From the NCBI GenBank assembly GCA_963733195.1, contig CAVTCR010000002.1:1-38946 (forward strand): 38,946 nt of DNA, in the 5' to 3' direction. A model generated the notes under the pieces. That model saw only the letters and a list, made by a program, of their open reading frames with translations, was not told the DNA's origin and searched no databases. Position numbers and translations under genes: made by a program. Shown here piece after piece: positions 11,550-21,984 of the stretch (position 1 is its first letter; each line of letters begins with the position of its first letter). The DNA is from an uncultured delta proteobacterium (GTDB lineage: Bacteria; Desulfobacterota; Binatia; Bin18).

Positions 11550-12023
11550 AAGACTTCCGTTTTTCTCAAGCGATTTTCTCACGAGAATCGTAGCTGGCAT
11601 ACCACCCAAAAGGAAGTCTGGATGACAGGACGCGCTGCAATACTGTCGGACGGCAATGGCATAACCCACGGTCCCGTACTCAGCCTGTCCCTGCCCGCTT
11701 CCCTCGGAACTGTCGCAGACAGACAGAGAGTTCGTCGGATGTTCGTGAATGCGGCTCTATTTTCTTCTGTTGTGGTGGACCGCACCTCGGTCTTTCTTCT
11801 GAGGCTACACACCTGTGAACCTGTTCGAAGAATGCCAGAGTGAATATCGCTTTGAGTGATTTATACTCAAGACACAACATCACGATGCAGAGCAAGTGTT
11901 GCTCAGCCTACTCATGAACGGACATCACTCTCGTTTGTGCTCGAGCATTCCCAGAGAAAGTGCGATCAAGGCACCCGCAAAAAAACAAGCATGAGTTTCA
12001 TACATCAAGCCTTCCGTATATCT

Positions 12024-14720
12024 CTACGGACCACACTTCTCGGAGCACATCGAGTCTTGGCTAATAGAACAAACCGCGAACTTGTGTGTCACCGTCACGT
12101 CGTTGTCGCCATCATCGCCGTTGCCCATGCTTCTGGCGACCTCTTTGTAACCGCCTTCCTTGAGGTCGTCGGACAACGAGAGCCCACAGCCCTCCTCCCA
12201 AATCTTCATCGTATTTTGCTCGAAACGAAATTCCATGTGCTTGCATGGCGATCGCGAATGGCCGTCGTAGTAGTCGCTCGTACTGAGACTATCGTAGTCG
12301 CTGACTTCCAACCACGTTGTGGCGCTTTCGTTCTTTTTGATCGGACGGCTCGAATACTCCCATCCAGGATTCGATACCCGTCCGGCTGGGGTAATCTCCT
12401 TCCCCCACGCCGTGCCACACGCTCCGGCCGGCGTCTTTATCCAAAAGTTGTTAGTGTACCAATCGGTCTCTCCGTCATCGAACAAGGTGTCGTCGGATTC
12501 ATTTTCATCTATCAGTTCCGAAACAAGGTACCTGAGCCGGTTGTCGCGATTTGGATTCGGCGGCGGTGGCTCTTTTGCCTTCACCAAGCGGATGTGTGCA
12601 AAGACCTCAGCGTGATCCGATAGACATCCTTCCCAGGGAAACGTTGCGAAGTGACGATCGACTTGTGCGCGTGCAGGTTTTCCTGGCACAAACTGGAAAG
12701 CGTAGGTTGGGTGCTTCACCGTCGCGGGAATGATCATCACGTAGTCGACGCGAACGTTGTTGAGCATATCGGGAATAGTGGGCGTACACTCATTTGCCTT
12801 CGTTTCGCCGATTTGTCCGAGTCCTTCCGTTCCAATCCAACTCCCTTCACCTCCCGTATCCGCACTGATGTCATATTGAACGTAGCGATCGGGATTGCCG
12901 ACACCCATAATGTTCCGGTCATAGAGGGTGAGGCCCCAATTGCCAAGCTTCACCCGCATATCTTTGTACGCTTGGGCGATTTCCGGCTCATAGCCGCCAT
13001 TTTTAATGTCGGTATTGCCGGTCGGACTAAAACCAGCGAGCCACGCGCCCATCTGGACATCACCGTACGCGTCGGGCATGCTACGGGGCCCGACTTGATT
13101 GAGGTCGCCAAGCACGATGGCCGGGCGACTGAACCCATCCTCGGTGCCATCGAGGCTCGGGGGTCCCCGCTTTTCACGAATGTAGTTGCCAAGTGCAGCG
13201 AATTGCGCCTGTCGCTTGGCGTTGTTGTGGTGGTCTTTTTCTGCATCACACTCGGAGCTTCCCGACGGGGAGCAAGGCGCTTGGGTGTGGGTACAAAAAA
13301 CGTCGAGCCATTCGGTACTCGCTTCGACTTTGTCTGCGCGACAGTTACCGCTAACCGGGTCTATACCATACGTACATTTCGCCGGCGGTGAGAGCCGTGC
13401 CCAGACAACGCCCTTGGCTCCCCGCGAGCTGCCCAAGTAGGAGTCATCTGGCCCCTCGGCACCAGGGTCGAGATCCTTGAAGAGTTTTATATCTTGTTTG
13501 TCTACAGTCCAGGTCGTAAGAATGACGTTGTTCGGTTCCTTGTCCTCGGTGATGTTGACCGCGTGCATCGCCGGGAGATTATTTGCGTCCCTTATCTCGT
13601 TGACCCTTTTCACCAGTGCTTGGCGATCGGAGAGGGGCATGAGCTCGGCAAGGCACACGATATCACGCGACCAAACAGCCAGTGCGATTTGCTCCTCGTC
13701 ACCAACACCGCCGTCATTGACGAAGAGGTCGGAGACATTACTCAAATCGACGTCCAGCCCACTGGTGATGCTGGTAATGTCAGTGATGTTCAGCATCTGC
13801 CCCACGTTATAAACGGAAATTCCGAGCTCGGTATACGCCGGTTCGGCGAGATCGACGATTTGGTACGTGTCTTCAAAGCCCCAGGTGAGCCAGGTTGCGG
13901 CACTTTCCTGGGCGATGGGATCGTTCGGAATGGTCATGAGCCGCTGCGTGGGCTGACCGACACTATCGTAGTCCCTGTCGTCGTATCTGAGGCCAAACTT
14001 GAGCTTCTGCGCAGTATAGACACTCGCGGGAAGCGTGATTTCGAATTCAGCGAACACAAAGAGATCGCGTTGCGTATCGCCGAAGTCTTCGATGTTGACG
14101 GCATGCCGGCTCACAACAGACGGTGCGCCGGCAAGAGGGGCTGCACCCGTACAGTCAGTAGCAGGATTAACGCCTTTGTGCTCGCTCACACTATATGTGA
14201 TAGGGTTCATAGGCCATCCGTCAGCGTCGACGCTATCCGCGTCGGGCTGCGAAAAATCAAGCCGTATAATGCGATCGTCTGGCTGGGCGCAGCTATCGGT
14301 CATATCGAAGGCTAAATAAAGATCAAGGCGGCCAGAATCGGTCCTGGTCGTGACATCCCAAAAGCGTGGGATCTTGACGCCGACATACATCCTGCTCGGC
14401 TCCCAGAACGAATCTGGCGTGTGAATCTGGATGTATGCTTCGCCTCGGCGTGCTGGTGGGTTCGTCCGATCTCCGATGAGATTTTCCAATGGGATGATCC
14501 GACCTCTCAGATATTCGTACTGATCCATGCTCCCGGTCAATGTCCCCGTTTCGTCGGCGTATCTGCCATTGACGTGCACTATGAAGGCAGGATCTGTCAC
14601 GTTCTGTGGTTTTATCCATAGAGGGCGTGCAGCCAATGCCACGTCGGCATACAGGAATACTACTGAAAACAACAACAGGGTAACAGAGTGGATTGGATCT
14701 AGCCGTCGACGTAATTTCAT
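12024..14720 (-). CDS. Large secreted endonuclease/exonuclease/phosphatase (sphingomyelinase-like) protein with extra N- and C-terminal domains
   Basis: GGAGG RBS before ATG 14720; signal peptide ending VALA; EEP motifs in order: SVYNV, DIVCLAE, FCTHTQA, LGDLN, RVDYV, LSDH; acidic C2-like C-terminus (LEVSDYDSLSTSDY). Confidence 0.8.
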   Translation of the reverse strand: MKLRRRLDPIHSVTLLLFSVVFLYADVALAARPLWIKPQNVTDPAFIVHVNGRYADETGTLTGSMDQYEYLRGRIIPLENLIGDRTNPPARRGEAYIQIHTPDSFWEPSRMYVGVKIPRFWDVTTRTDSGRLDLYLAFDMTDSCAQPDDRIIRLDFSQPDADSVDADGWPMNPITYSVSEHKGVNPATDCTGAAPLAGAPSVVSRHAVNIEDFGDTQRDLFVFAEFEITLPASVYTAQKLKFGLRYDDRDYDSVGQPTQRLMTIPNDPIAQESAATWLTWGFEDTYQIVDLAEPAYTELGISVYNVGQMLNITDITSITSGLDVDLSNVSDLFVNDGGVGDEEQIALAVWSRDIVCLAELMPLSDRQALVKRVNEIRDANNLPAMHAVNITEDKEPNNVILTTWTVDKQDIKLFKDLDPGAEGPDDSYLGSSRGAKGVVWARLSPPAKCTYGIDPVSGNCRADKVEASTEWLDVFCTHTQAPCSPSGSSECDAEKDHHNNAKRQAQFAALGNYIREKRGPPSLDGTEDGFSRPAIVLGDLNQVGPRSMPDAYGDVQMGAWLAGFSPTGNTDIKNGGYEPEIAQAYKDMRVKLGNWGLTLYDRNIMGVGNPDRYVQYDISADTGGEGSWIGTEGLGQIGETKANECTPTIPDMLNNVRVDYVMIIPATVKHPTYAFQFVPGKPARAQVDRHFATFPWEGCLSDHAEVFAHIRLVKAKEPPPPNPNRDNRLRYLVSELIDENESDDTLFDDGETDWYTNNFWIKTPAGACGTAWGKEITPAGRVSNPGWEYSSRPIKKNESATTWLEVSDYDSLSTSDYYDGHSRSPCKHMEFRFEQNTMKIWEEGCGLSLSDDLKEGGYKEVARSMGNGDDGDNDVTVTHKFAVCSISQDSMCSEKCGP

Positions 14721-15576
14721 GGTCGGCCTCCAAATTATAGGCACTATTGTGGTTTGTAAGAGTCTAAAATTGAAACTAATATTCTAAGTCGTTAAAATAC
14801 TAGTAACCGCAATTCCCGACTCAAGACTAAGGTTATCTCATATCTTCGAGAACAAATGGCAGTATGAGAAATACTCCGACTGTTGCATTCCAGCCAAGGC
14901 AAAGAAGGGCGCAAGAACTGCGCCAAGTATCCACCCTTTGGAACACCACATTTCCTGCGTAGATAGCAGCATGGACCTCTATTGAAGATTGTCTGCCTGT
15001 CAAATTTACGAGACATAATTATTTACCAAGGAGAGAGAATCCTCACTGAATCACAGTGTTTACGTATCTTTTCAGCAACAGTTAACGTAACAACAAAAGT
15101 TGACATTGTTCTCTTTTCTCCGTCATCCAGCCCGGTCGTATTGCCTCTCTAACCCTCCCCCAACTCAATCATGTTGATAAGGGAGGAGTATGTGGAGTTT
15201 TTGATGCTCTGCATCGTATTCGTCTGAGGGAGAAAATTTTCGATGTAAAAATTATCACTACAAGTGATTAATATTCAGATACCGCGCCGGTCAACTTAAA
15301 CTCTTTGCGGCAGGTCGAGCCCACATATGACTAAAGGGAGATCGTGGTTTCTCTATAGAGCCACGGCTATATGTCACCATTGCGCTAGCACCGGATAGCA
15401 GGGGTCACCAGGAAATAATTGCCTCTTCCGCTCGGCAGGTGTCTCTGCTTATCGTCAGTGATAGAAGCAGGTGTATTATTGTCGGAACACCCCAAGGGAG
15501 AAATGCTATGACCAAAAGGCTCAGCGATCTACTAGCGTATTACTAAATGACGCGCGTGACTATCTGTTATCCTATC

Positions 15577-15795
15577 CGCAGCAGCAGCGGCCAATTCGAT
15601 GAAGGGGTTAGCAAAATGCTTGTATGCTTCCGGCAAGGAGCGGCCGCCAGGAAAGGGGGTGCGACGGCTCGTCGGAATGTGCGAATGTGCGCCCATGAAC
15701 AGGGATTCAAAGCCATGCGCTTCGGCCCAACGGGCTAATTCGACGGTGGGGATGGAAGAATCCGTCGTGATCGTGACGAGCCCGAAATTCAGCAT
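15577..15795 (-). pseudogene. Truncated LLM-class F420-dependent oxidoreductase (N-terminal ~73 aa only)
   Basis: ELARWAEAHGFESLFMGAHSHIPTSRRTPFPGG...PFIELAAAAA; similarity then stops and AT-rich non-coding DNA follows. Confidence 0.8.
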
Positions 15796-15862
15796 CGCGT
15801 TGTCCCTCCTGTTTTTCTGTAGCGATTATAACCAGTGACTATTTTCTTCGTTCTTACTCAGA

Positions 15863-16737
15863 TTAACGTATGAGGGTACGGGCGCCCTCTTCCATTTCCT
15901 TGAGCGTCGCATCAACAGTGGGACCCGCCATAAACAAGAGTATTTCCGTCACACCAAGCTCTTCGAATGTGGCAATCTTCTCCCGATCCTGCTGCAGGTC
16001 ACGTACATTGCCAATCATAGAAATCGACAGCTCCGCCATGCTCCGCCCCCGCTCTTCCATCAGGGTTTGCAGTTTGCCCAAGCGTTCGCGAAAGACCTCC
16101 ACCGGGATCGGACCAGGCTGCCACCCATCACCTAAATCTGCGATGCGCTTGAGGGCTGGCGTACTTTCTCCTCCAAAGATGATCGGAGGATGAGGTTTTT
16201 GCACCGGCAAAGGATTACTATGTAGCGTGGGAAATGAGAAATACTGTCCCTTGAAACGTCGCCGTCTCCCCGGACCACAGCGCTTTCATCACTTGCAGAT
16301 ACTCTCGTGTCCGTGCAGCACGTTCACTAAACTGTTCTCCTAACGCGTCAAATTCTTCTTTCAGCCAGCCAATGCCAACACCGAACTGATAGCGGCCATG
16401 GGAGACGAGATCGACTGTCGCGACGGCTTTCGCAACATGCAGTGGGTTGCGGTACGGAACGATCACTACACTCGTGCCGAGGAGAATGGTTTTGGTGACC
16501 GCTCCGATCGCAGCTAACAGCACGAACGGGTCTGGCCAGGGACTAGTTCCGGGCGAACCCGACCGCACCATCTTTTGTGTACGGATAGGGAGCGGCGATC
16601 TGCTCCGGAATCACGATATGGTCGCCCAGCCAGATCGAGTGATAGCCGAGCGCTTCGGCGTGCTGAGCAACGCGAATATAATCGTCACCCGTGGGATGGA
16701 CTCCTACTCCAAGGGAATAGTGAAGGCCAAATTTCAT
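15863..16737 (-). CDS. LLM-class F420-dependent oxidoreductase (two 1-nt insertions, near 16545 and 16249)
   Basis: Three ORF pieces join: AEALGYHSIWLGDHIVIP; DPFVLLAAIGAVT, LGTSV, GVGIGWLKEEF; PVQKPHPPIIFGGES, GDGW. Confidence 0.88.
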
Positions 16738-16984
16738 AACGTGTACTCCTTACTGACTGAAATAAAAGACTCAGGTTCCGTCACTGTTCGTCGGCCCGCG
16801 TTATATAGAAGCCAGGGTCCGGGCGCAATCGTTCTTTCTACCGCATAACGGCTTCTCTGGAGTTGTGCGGCAGGGTGCAGTACGATGCCGCCGTTTGCGT
16901 GCGAATGAACCTGAACGCTATGGAACACATAGGGAACCTGATTGTGGTCACGTTTAGACACATGCTTCGGCAAAGGAGGAAGAT

Positions 16985-18203
16985 ATGGAACAGACTGTGC
17001 GCATGCCGCTCGAAGGTATTCGGGTGCTCGATTTAACGATTTGGGTCCAAGGGCCGCTCGCCTCCATGATGCTGGCGGATCTCGGTGCAGAGGTCATCAA
17101 GATAGAAAAACCGGGGCAGGGGGATTTCTCGCGTGGGGCACAGTCCATGTTTGGCCAACCGCAAAAGCTCGCCGATGGGCGGAGTCTGATGTTCGAGATT
17201 GCCAACCGGAATAAGAAAGCAATAGCAATCGACTTGCGGCAGCCCGAAGGACAACAAGTATTCTATCGCTTAGTGGAACATGCGGATGTCGTGGTGACGA
17301 ATCTGCATCCTGCCACCCTGCGCGAATTTCGCGTGGACCGGGAAACGCTGCTCGCCATCAAGCCAGATCTCATTTATGCCCATGCGACGGGATTTGGGCC
17401 GCAGGGACCCCATGCAGAAGATCCGTGTCAGGACACGGTGGGTATGGCGCGCTCGGGATTTATGTTCAACACGCCGACCGCGGATGGTGCACCGACCTAT
17501 CCGATCGGTGCGCTGAGCGACATCTTGTCCGGCACGATGCTGGCGTTTGGCGTACTCGCCGCCCTGCTGGCGCGCGAGCGGTCAGGCGTTGCACAGGCAG
17601 TGTGGTCTTCGCAGCTCAGCGCCATGATGTGGCTCCAGTATTACAATGTCGCGCAGTACGCCAATATGGGAGCAGACTTTGCACCGTTTGATCGGACCAC
17701 CGTCGCCAACCCGCTCATGAATCTGTATCGCTGTGCTGATGGGCAGTGGATTGCGTGTGGCATGGCGGTGGCGCAACGTTTCTGGCCCGACTTCTGTGCG
17801 GTCATGGGCCTCTCAGAGTTGGAGCACGATCCTCGCTTCGCCAAAGATAAGCAACGGGCGGCCAACCGAACAGAGCTGATCGCGATCCTCGACAAAGCTT
17901 TTGCTACGCACCCCGCGAGCCCACTGGGAACGGCTCTTTCGGGAGAAAGGGTTTTGGTTCTCAGTAGTGAATCAGACGAGTGACCTTGCGGCTGATCCCC
18001 AAGTGATCGCTAATCAATACATGGTCGAGCTTGAGTCCGGGCTCAAAACGGTGGCGTTTCCTTTTGCCCTGGAGAAGACTCCTGTGCCACAGACCCACGG
18101 GGCACCGAACTTCAGTCAGCATACAGACGAGATCCTCCAACACGTGTGTGGCTACACACCGGAGGAGATCCTGGCGTTGAAAGAAAAAACCGTCGCGTGG
18201 TAG
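16985..18203 (+). CDS. CoA transferase family III (CaiB/BaiF), frameshift in a C run near 17912
   Basis: PLEGIRVLDLT, LADLGAEVIKIE, NRNKKAIAIDL; C-terminal APNFSQHTDEIL in a shifted frame; AAAGGAGG RBS. Confidence 0.92.
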
Positions 18204-18225
18204 ATAGTGCCGGCTTGTTCAGTCC

Positions 18226-18253
18226 GTAGAGACGTAGCATGCTACGTCTCTAC
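18226..18253. repeat. GTAG-type REP, perfect 28-bp palindrome between convergent genes
   Basis: GTAGAGACGTAGCATGCTACGTCTCTAC. Confidence 0.85.
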
Positions 18254-18273
18254 TACTCCAACTGGCTCGACTC

Positions 18274-19692
18274 TCAGGCGAGAGTCAGGGGTGGCCGTTG
18301 CTGGTGCCACGACGTCTGCCGCTCATAGGCATGGCCAATCTGCAGCACCGTTGCTTCATCAAACGCTTTTCCCACGATTTGCAAGGCAAGCGGTAGTTGA
18401 CTCTTGGTGAAGCCACAGGGCATCGTGAGTGCGGGCTGCCCCGTCAGGTTGAACGGGCACGTCGCGGAAATCAGCGCGGCCATGAGGCTGACCTCGCGAC
18501 CGTTAATGGTTGCCGTCCGGGCGTCGTGGATGGGAGGAGGAACTAATTCACCTGGCGTGAGTAACGCATCAATATTGGCAAAGGCTGCCTCCATCTCGCG
18601 GCACAGCTGTCTCTTGGCGCGTTGGGCACGTACGTAATCGACTGCTCCTGTGGGCTTCCCGCGCTCTAAGAACTTCCGGACTCCCGGACCGTAGTCTGCT
18701 GCCTGAGTGGCGAGGTATGGCTCGTGCCAGGCGTTGGCCTCGCCATTGAGAATGACTTGAGCAATGGACGACCATACGTTATCGAGTGCGGGCAACTCCA
18801 CTTCTTCAATGCGAGCGCCCAATCCGCTCAGCACCGTAACAGCTGCATTGAATGCGGTGGTCACTTCTGGGTCGGTGTACTCTGCAAAAAACTGCTTCGG
18901 TACTCCCAATCGCAGGCCGGTGATGTCACCCGTCAGCTTGGCCGTATAATCAGCAACCGGAGTGTTGCTCGATACCAGATCGCGTGCATCATATCCTGCT
19001 AGAGCTTGCAGCATCAACGCGGCATCTTTCACTGTGCGTGTCATCGGCCCAATGTGATCGAGCGACCACGCCAACGGCGTAACGCCGAAGAGGCTGACGC
19101 GACCGTGGGTCGCCTTCAGGCCGACAATGCCACAAAACGCGGCGGGAATCCGAATCGACCCCCCAGTGTCGGTTCCCAACGACCCAGCGCACAACCCTGC
19201 CGCGACAGCAGCGCCGGAACCGCTGCTGGACCCACCCGGACTATGGGCATGATTCCATGGGTTGTTCACTCGCCCAAAATGCAGGCTGGGCAGCATCGTG
19301 GCAAACTCATTCATGTTGAGTTTCCCCAACAGAATCGACCCCGCACTCCGGAGCCGGTCGATGACCATAGCATCATAGTCAGGGACATTATTCCGCAACA
19401 CTTTTGAGGCACAGGTTGTGGCGATGCCTTTGGTAGCGACGATATCTTTATGCGCGAGCGGAATGCCGTGCAGTGGTCCCCGATAGCCATTGGCAAGAAT
19501 CTCTGCTTCAGCGCGTTTAGCTTCCTGCAAAGCCCGATCTGCGGTGACGGTCAGATAGCTATTGAGCTGCCGATCGACCGCGGCAATACGATCAAGATAT
19601 GCGTGGGTAAGCTCGACTGGAGACACCGCCTTTTTCTGCAGGTGCTCGGCCATCTGCGCGATAGAGAGAAAACACAGCTCAGTGTTTGCCAT
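18274..19692 (-). CDS. Amidase signature family protein (GatA-like amidase)
   Basis: GPLHGIPLAHKD, GGSSSGSGAAV, GTDTGGSIRIPA (Ser-cisSer-Lys triad); no gatB/gatC neighbours. Confidence 0.93.
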   Translation of the reverse strand: MANTELCFLSIAQMAEHLQKKAVSPVELTHAYLDRIAAVDRQLNSYLTVTADRALQEAKRAEAEILANGYRGPLHGIPLAHKDIVATKGIATTCASKVLRNNVPDYDAMVIDRLRSAGSILLGKLNMNEFATMLPSLHFGRVNNPWNHAHSPGGSSSGSGAAVAAGLCAGSLGTDTGGSIRIPAAFCGIVGLKATHGRVSLFGVTPLAWSLDHIGPMTRTVKDAALMLQALAGYDARDLVSSNTPVADYTAKLTGDITGLRLGVPKQFFAEYTDPEVTTAFNAAVTVLSGLGARIEEVELPALDNVWSSIAQVILNGEANAWHEPYLATQAADYGPGVRKFLERGKPTGAVDYVRAQRAKRQLCREMEAAFANIDALLTPGELVPPPIHDARTATINGREVSLMAALISATCPFNLTGQPALTMPCGFTKSQLPLALQIVGKAFDEATVLQIGHAYERQTSWHQQRPPLTLA

Positions 19693-19891
19693 GGGATCGC
19701 CCTCCTTGGGCTAAGCACTCTACCATAAGATGCCGATAGGCGTCAGCCGTTCACGTCCGATATCCGCCATGGCCACAGAGCGGTGGTCAGCCAGGAAACA
19801 GGGCGCGCATCGCCGGAATAATCCACAATCGTCTTGACAACTTGTTTTCATTGGTGGAAACACCCAGTGTTGGAGATAGGAGGCGAGACAT

Positions 19892-21076
19892 ATGCCCAAA
19901 CTCACTGATCTAAGAGACCAAACGTGCATTGTTGGCATTGGCGAAACGGCGTACACGCGCGGCACACCGAAGAGCGCCCTCGAACTCGCTTTAGAAGCGT
20001 CCATGGGCGCGATCGAGGACGCCGGCATCAAACCTGAAGTTATTGATGCCGTGATTCTGCCGAGCGGTGCTGGCAGCGGTGGCACTGCCGGTGATTTTTG
20101 CGCGAATCTGGGACTTCAGGACTTGCACTACACAACGTCGCTGCAAGAAATGGGCGGAGCCATGTGCGTGTCTGCTGTCGAGTCCGCCGCCGTCGCACTT
20201 ACCAGCGGGATTGCTAACTATGCTTTGATTCCGCTGTGCAGTCGTTTCTATTCTGGACGGAAAGCACGACAGGTAACCTCAGATCCTGGTACGGGATTGC
20301 AGGCCGCTGAGACGATCCGCGACTTCTACGCGCCATTCGGTGTCGCTGCACCTCCGCAGCATTACGCCTGGATGGCGCAGAGGCATATGCAGCTCTATGG
20401 CACCACCCATGAGCAACTCGGCGCAGTGGCAGTAGCGATGCGCAAACATGCGCAGTTGCATCCCAACGCTCTGATGAAGCGAGCACCGATCACTCTGGAG
20501 GATTACCTGTCATCACGCTGGGTTAGTTATCCGTACCGACTCTTGGATTGTTGCCTGGAAACCGATGGCGCTGCGGCATTACTCATGACCACCGCTGAGC
20601 GCGCCAAAGATCTGCGCAAGCCTCCTGTGTACGTGATGGGCGTAACGTCAGGACATCCTTTCCCGCCACACGATATTCCCAACCGTCCCGATATTCTCAA
20701 AATCGGACTCGACTTCTGTGCGTCACGTGCATACGAAATGGCAGGGGTAACGCCGAGTGACATTGATTTTGCCCAAATCTATGACTGTTTTACCGGCCAA
20801 GCGATTCTGCAGATCGAAGCGGCAGGCTTCTGCAAGAAAGGTGAAGGTGGACCTTTTGTCGAGAACGGACGTATCGAACTCGGCGGTGCCCTCCCCGTCA
20901 ACACGCATGGCGGCTTACTATCACAGGCGCACAACACCGGTATGAATCACTTGGTCGAAGCGGTCGTGCAGCTCCGACACGAAGCTGACGCACGGCAAGT
21001 GCAGGACGCCGAGCTAGGGGTCGTAACTGGCTGGGGTGGCCACGGGCATGGCTCAATCGCGATTTTGCGGCGCTGA
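19892..21076 (+). CDS. SCP2-type thiolase-like / lipid-transfer (Ltp2 retro-aldolase-like) protein
   Basis: IVGIGET, DCCLETDGAAA, QIYDCFT, NTHGGLLS, EAVVQLR; followed by a DUF35 partner. Confidence 0.88.
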   Translation: MPKLTDLRDQTCIVGIGETAYTRGTPKSALELALEASMGAIEDAGIKPEVIDAVILPSGAGSGGTAGDFCANLGLQDLHYTTSLQEMGGAMCVSAVESAAVALTSGIANYALIPLCSRFYSGRKARQVTSDPGTGLQAAETIRDFYAPFGVAAPPQHYAWMAQRHMQLYGTTHEQLGAVAVAMRKHAQLHPNALMKRAPITLEDYLSSRWVSYPYRLLDCCLETDGAAALLMTTAERAKDLRKPPVYVMGVTSGHPFPPHDIPNRPDILKIGLDFCASRAYEMAGVTPSDIDFAQIYDCFTGQAILQIEAAGFCKKGEGGPFVENGRIELGGALPVNTHGGLLSQAHNTGMNHLVEAVVQLRHEADARQVQDAELGVVTGWGGHGHGSIAILRR

Positions 21077-21079
21077 GGA

Positions 21080-21517
21080 GTGAGCACTATGAACACTGAG
21101 AACAAAACACAGACAGTGAGATTACCCATCCTGCACGGCTACACGAAAGAATTCTACGAGTGGTGTCATAAGCAGGAGCTGCGTTTTCAGCGTTGTCAGA
21201 AGTGCGGGACGTGGCGTCATCCGCCGCGACCGATGTGTAACAGTTGCCACTCACTGCAATGGGAATGGGCACCTACCAAAGGGAAAGGCAAAGTCTATTG
21301 TTGGACGACAGTGCATCAGGCCCTCGATCCAGCCTTCGCCAATGACGTTCCGTATGCTGCAGTTGTAGTCGAATTGGACGAAGGCCCGCGCCTCACAACG
21401 TGGGTCACCGGCATTATGCCTGACGAGCTGCGTATCGGCATGCCGGTCGAACTGTGGTTCGACACCGTCACCGACGAAGTCACACTGCCGAAGTTCAAAC
21501 CTCAAGTCACTGCTTGA
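21080..21517 (+). CDS. Zn-ribbon / OB-fold DUF35 protein
   Basis: QRCQKCG...PRPMCNSCHS, PYAAVVVELDEGPRL, LRIGMPV. Confidence 0.92.
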   Translation: MSTMNTENKTQTVRLPILHGYTKEFYEWCHKQELRFQRCQKCGTWRHPPRPMCNSCHSLQWEWAPTKGKGKVYCWTTVHQALDPAFANDVPYAAVVVELDEGPRLTTWVTGIMPDELRIGMPVELWFDTVTDEVTLPKFKPQVTA

Positions 21518-21531
21518 GAGGAGACGGGTAC

Positions 21532-21984
21532 GTGCCGATTCCTTCCTTTGACAAGCGTGGCGATTTGCCGGTCGGACTTCACTTAGCGACGCTGGCTGAG
21601 GTTACTGAGCGCTTTGGACATGGCACGCCCCAGCGTGAACTGGCAACGACTCACCTTACACGCATCTACGAACTTGCTCGTGCTACAGGAAAGCTACTTC
21701 GCTTTGTTATTTTCGGGAGCTATGTCACAGCGAAACTCGAGCCCAATGATGTTGACATCATTCTGGTCATGGCAGACAATTTCGAGATGTCTGAGTGTGA
21801 TGAGCAAGCCAGGCCATTATTTGATCATTTACGTGCACAGCAGGTTTTTGGAGCCAGCGTCTTTTCTGTCAGACCATCAACCGCACTCCTAGTGTCGGTC
21901 GATGAATTCCTTGCCTATTGGCAGATCAAACGCGATCAAAGCCAGCACGGTATCGTCGAAGTTATTTCGGAGGAACTATCGTGA
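21532..21984 (+). CDS. DUF6932-like minimal nucleotidyltransferase-fold protein
   Basis: IPSFDKRGDLPVGLH N-terminus and FGSYVTAKLEPNDVD (GS...DxD) motif; GAGGAG RBS before GTG 21532. Confidence 0.75.
   Translation: MPIPSFDKRGDLPVGLHLATLAEVTERFGHGTPQRELATTHLTRIYELARATGKLLRFVIFGSYVTAKLEPNDVDIILVMADNFEMSECDEQARPLFDHLRAQQVFGASVFSVRPSTALLVSVDEFLAYWQIKRDQSQHGIVEVISEELS

Noticed and set aside
11856-14315. Long plus-strand ORFs (255, 246, 273 aa) opposite the EEP gene, and similar antisense ORFs elsewhere
   Set aside because: They are shadow ORFs of real genes, with no recognisable motifs or RBS.
16543-16545. TAG in the LLM gene as pyrrolysine or readthrough
   Set aside because: The continuation (SPWPDPF) is in a different frame, so this is an indel and not an in-frame stop.
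18274-19692. Calling the amidase gatA
   Set aside because: No gatB or gatC neighbours, and the context is catabolic.
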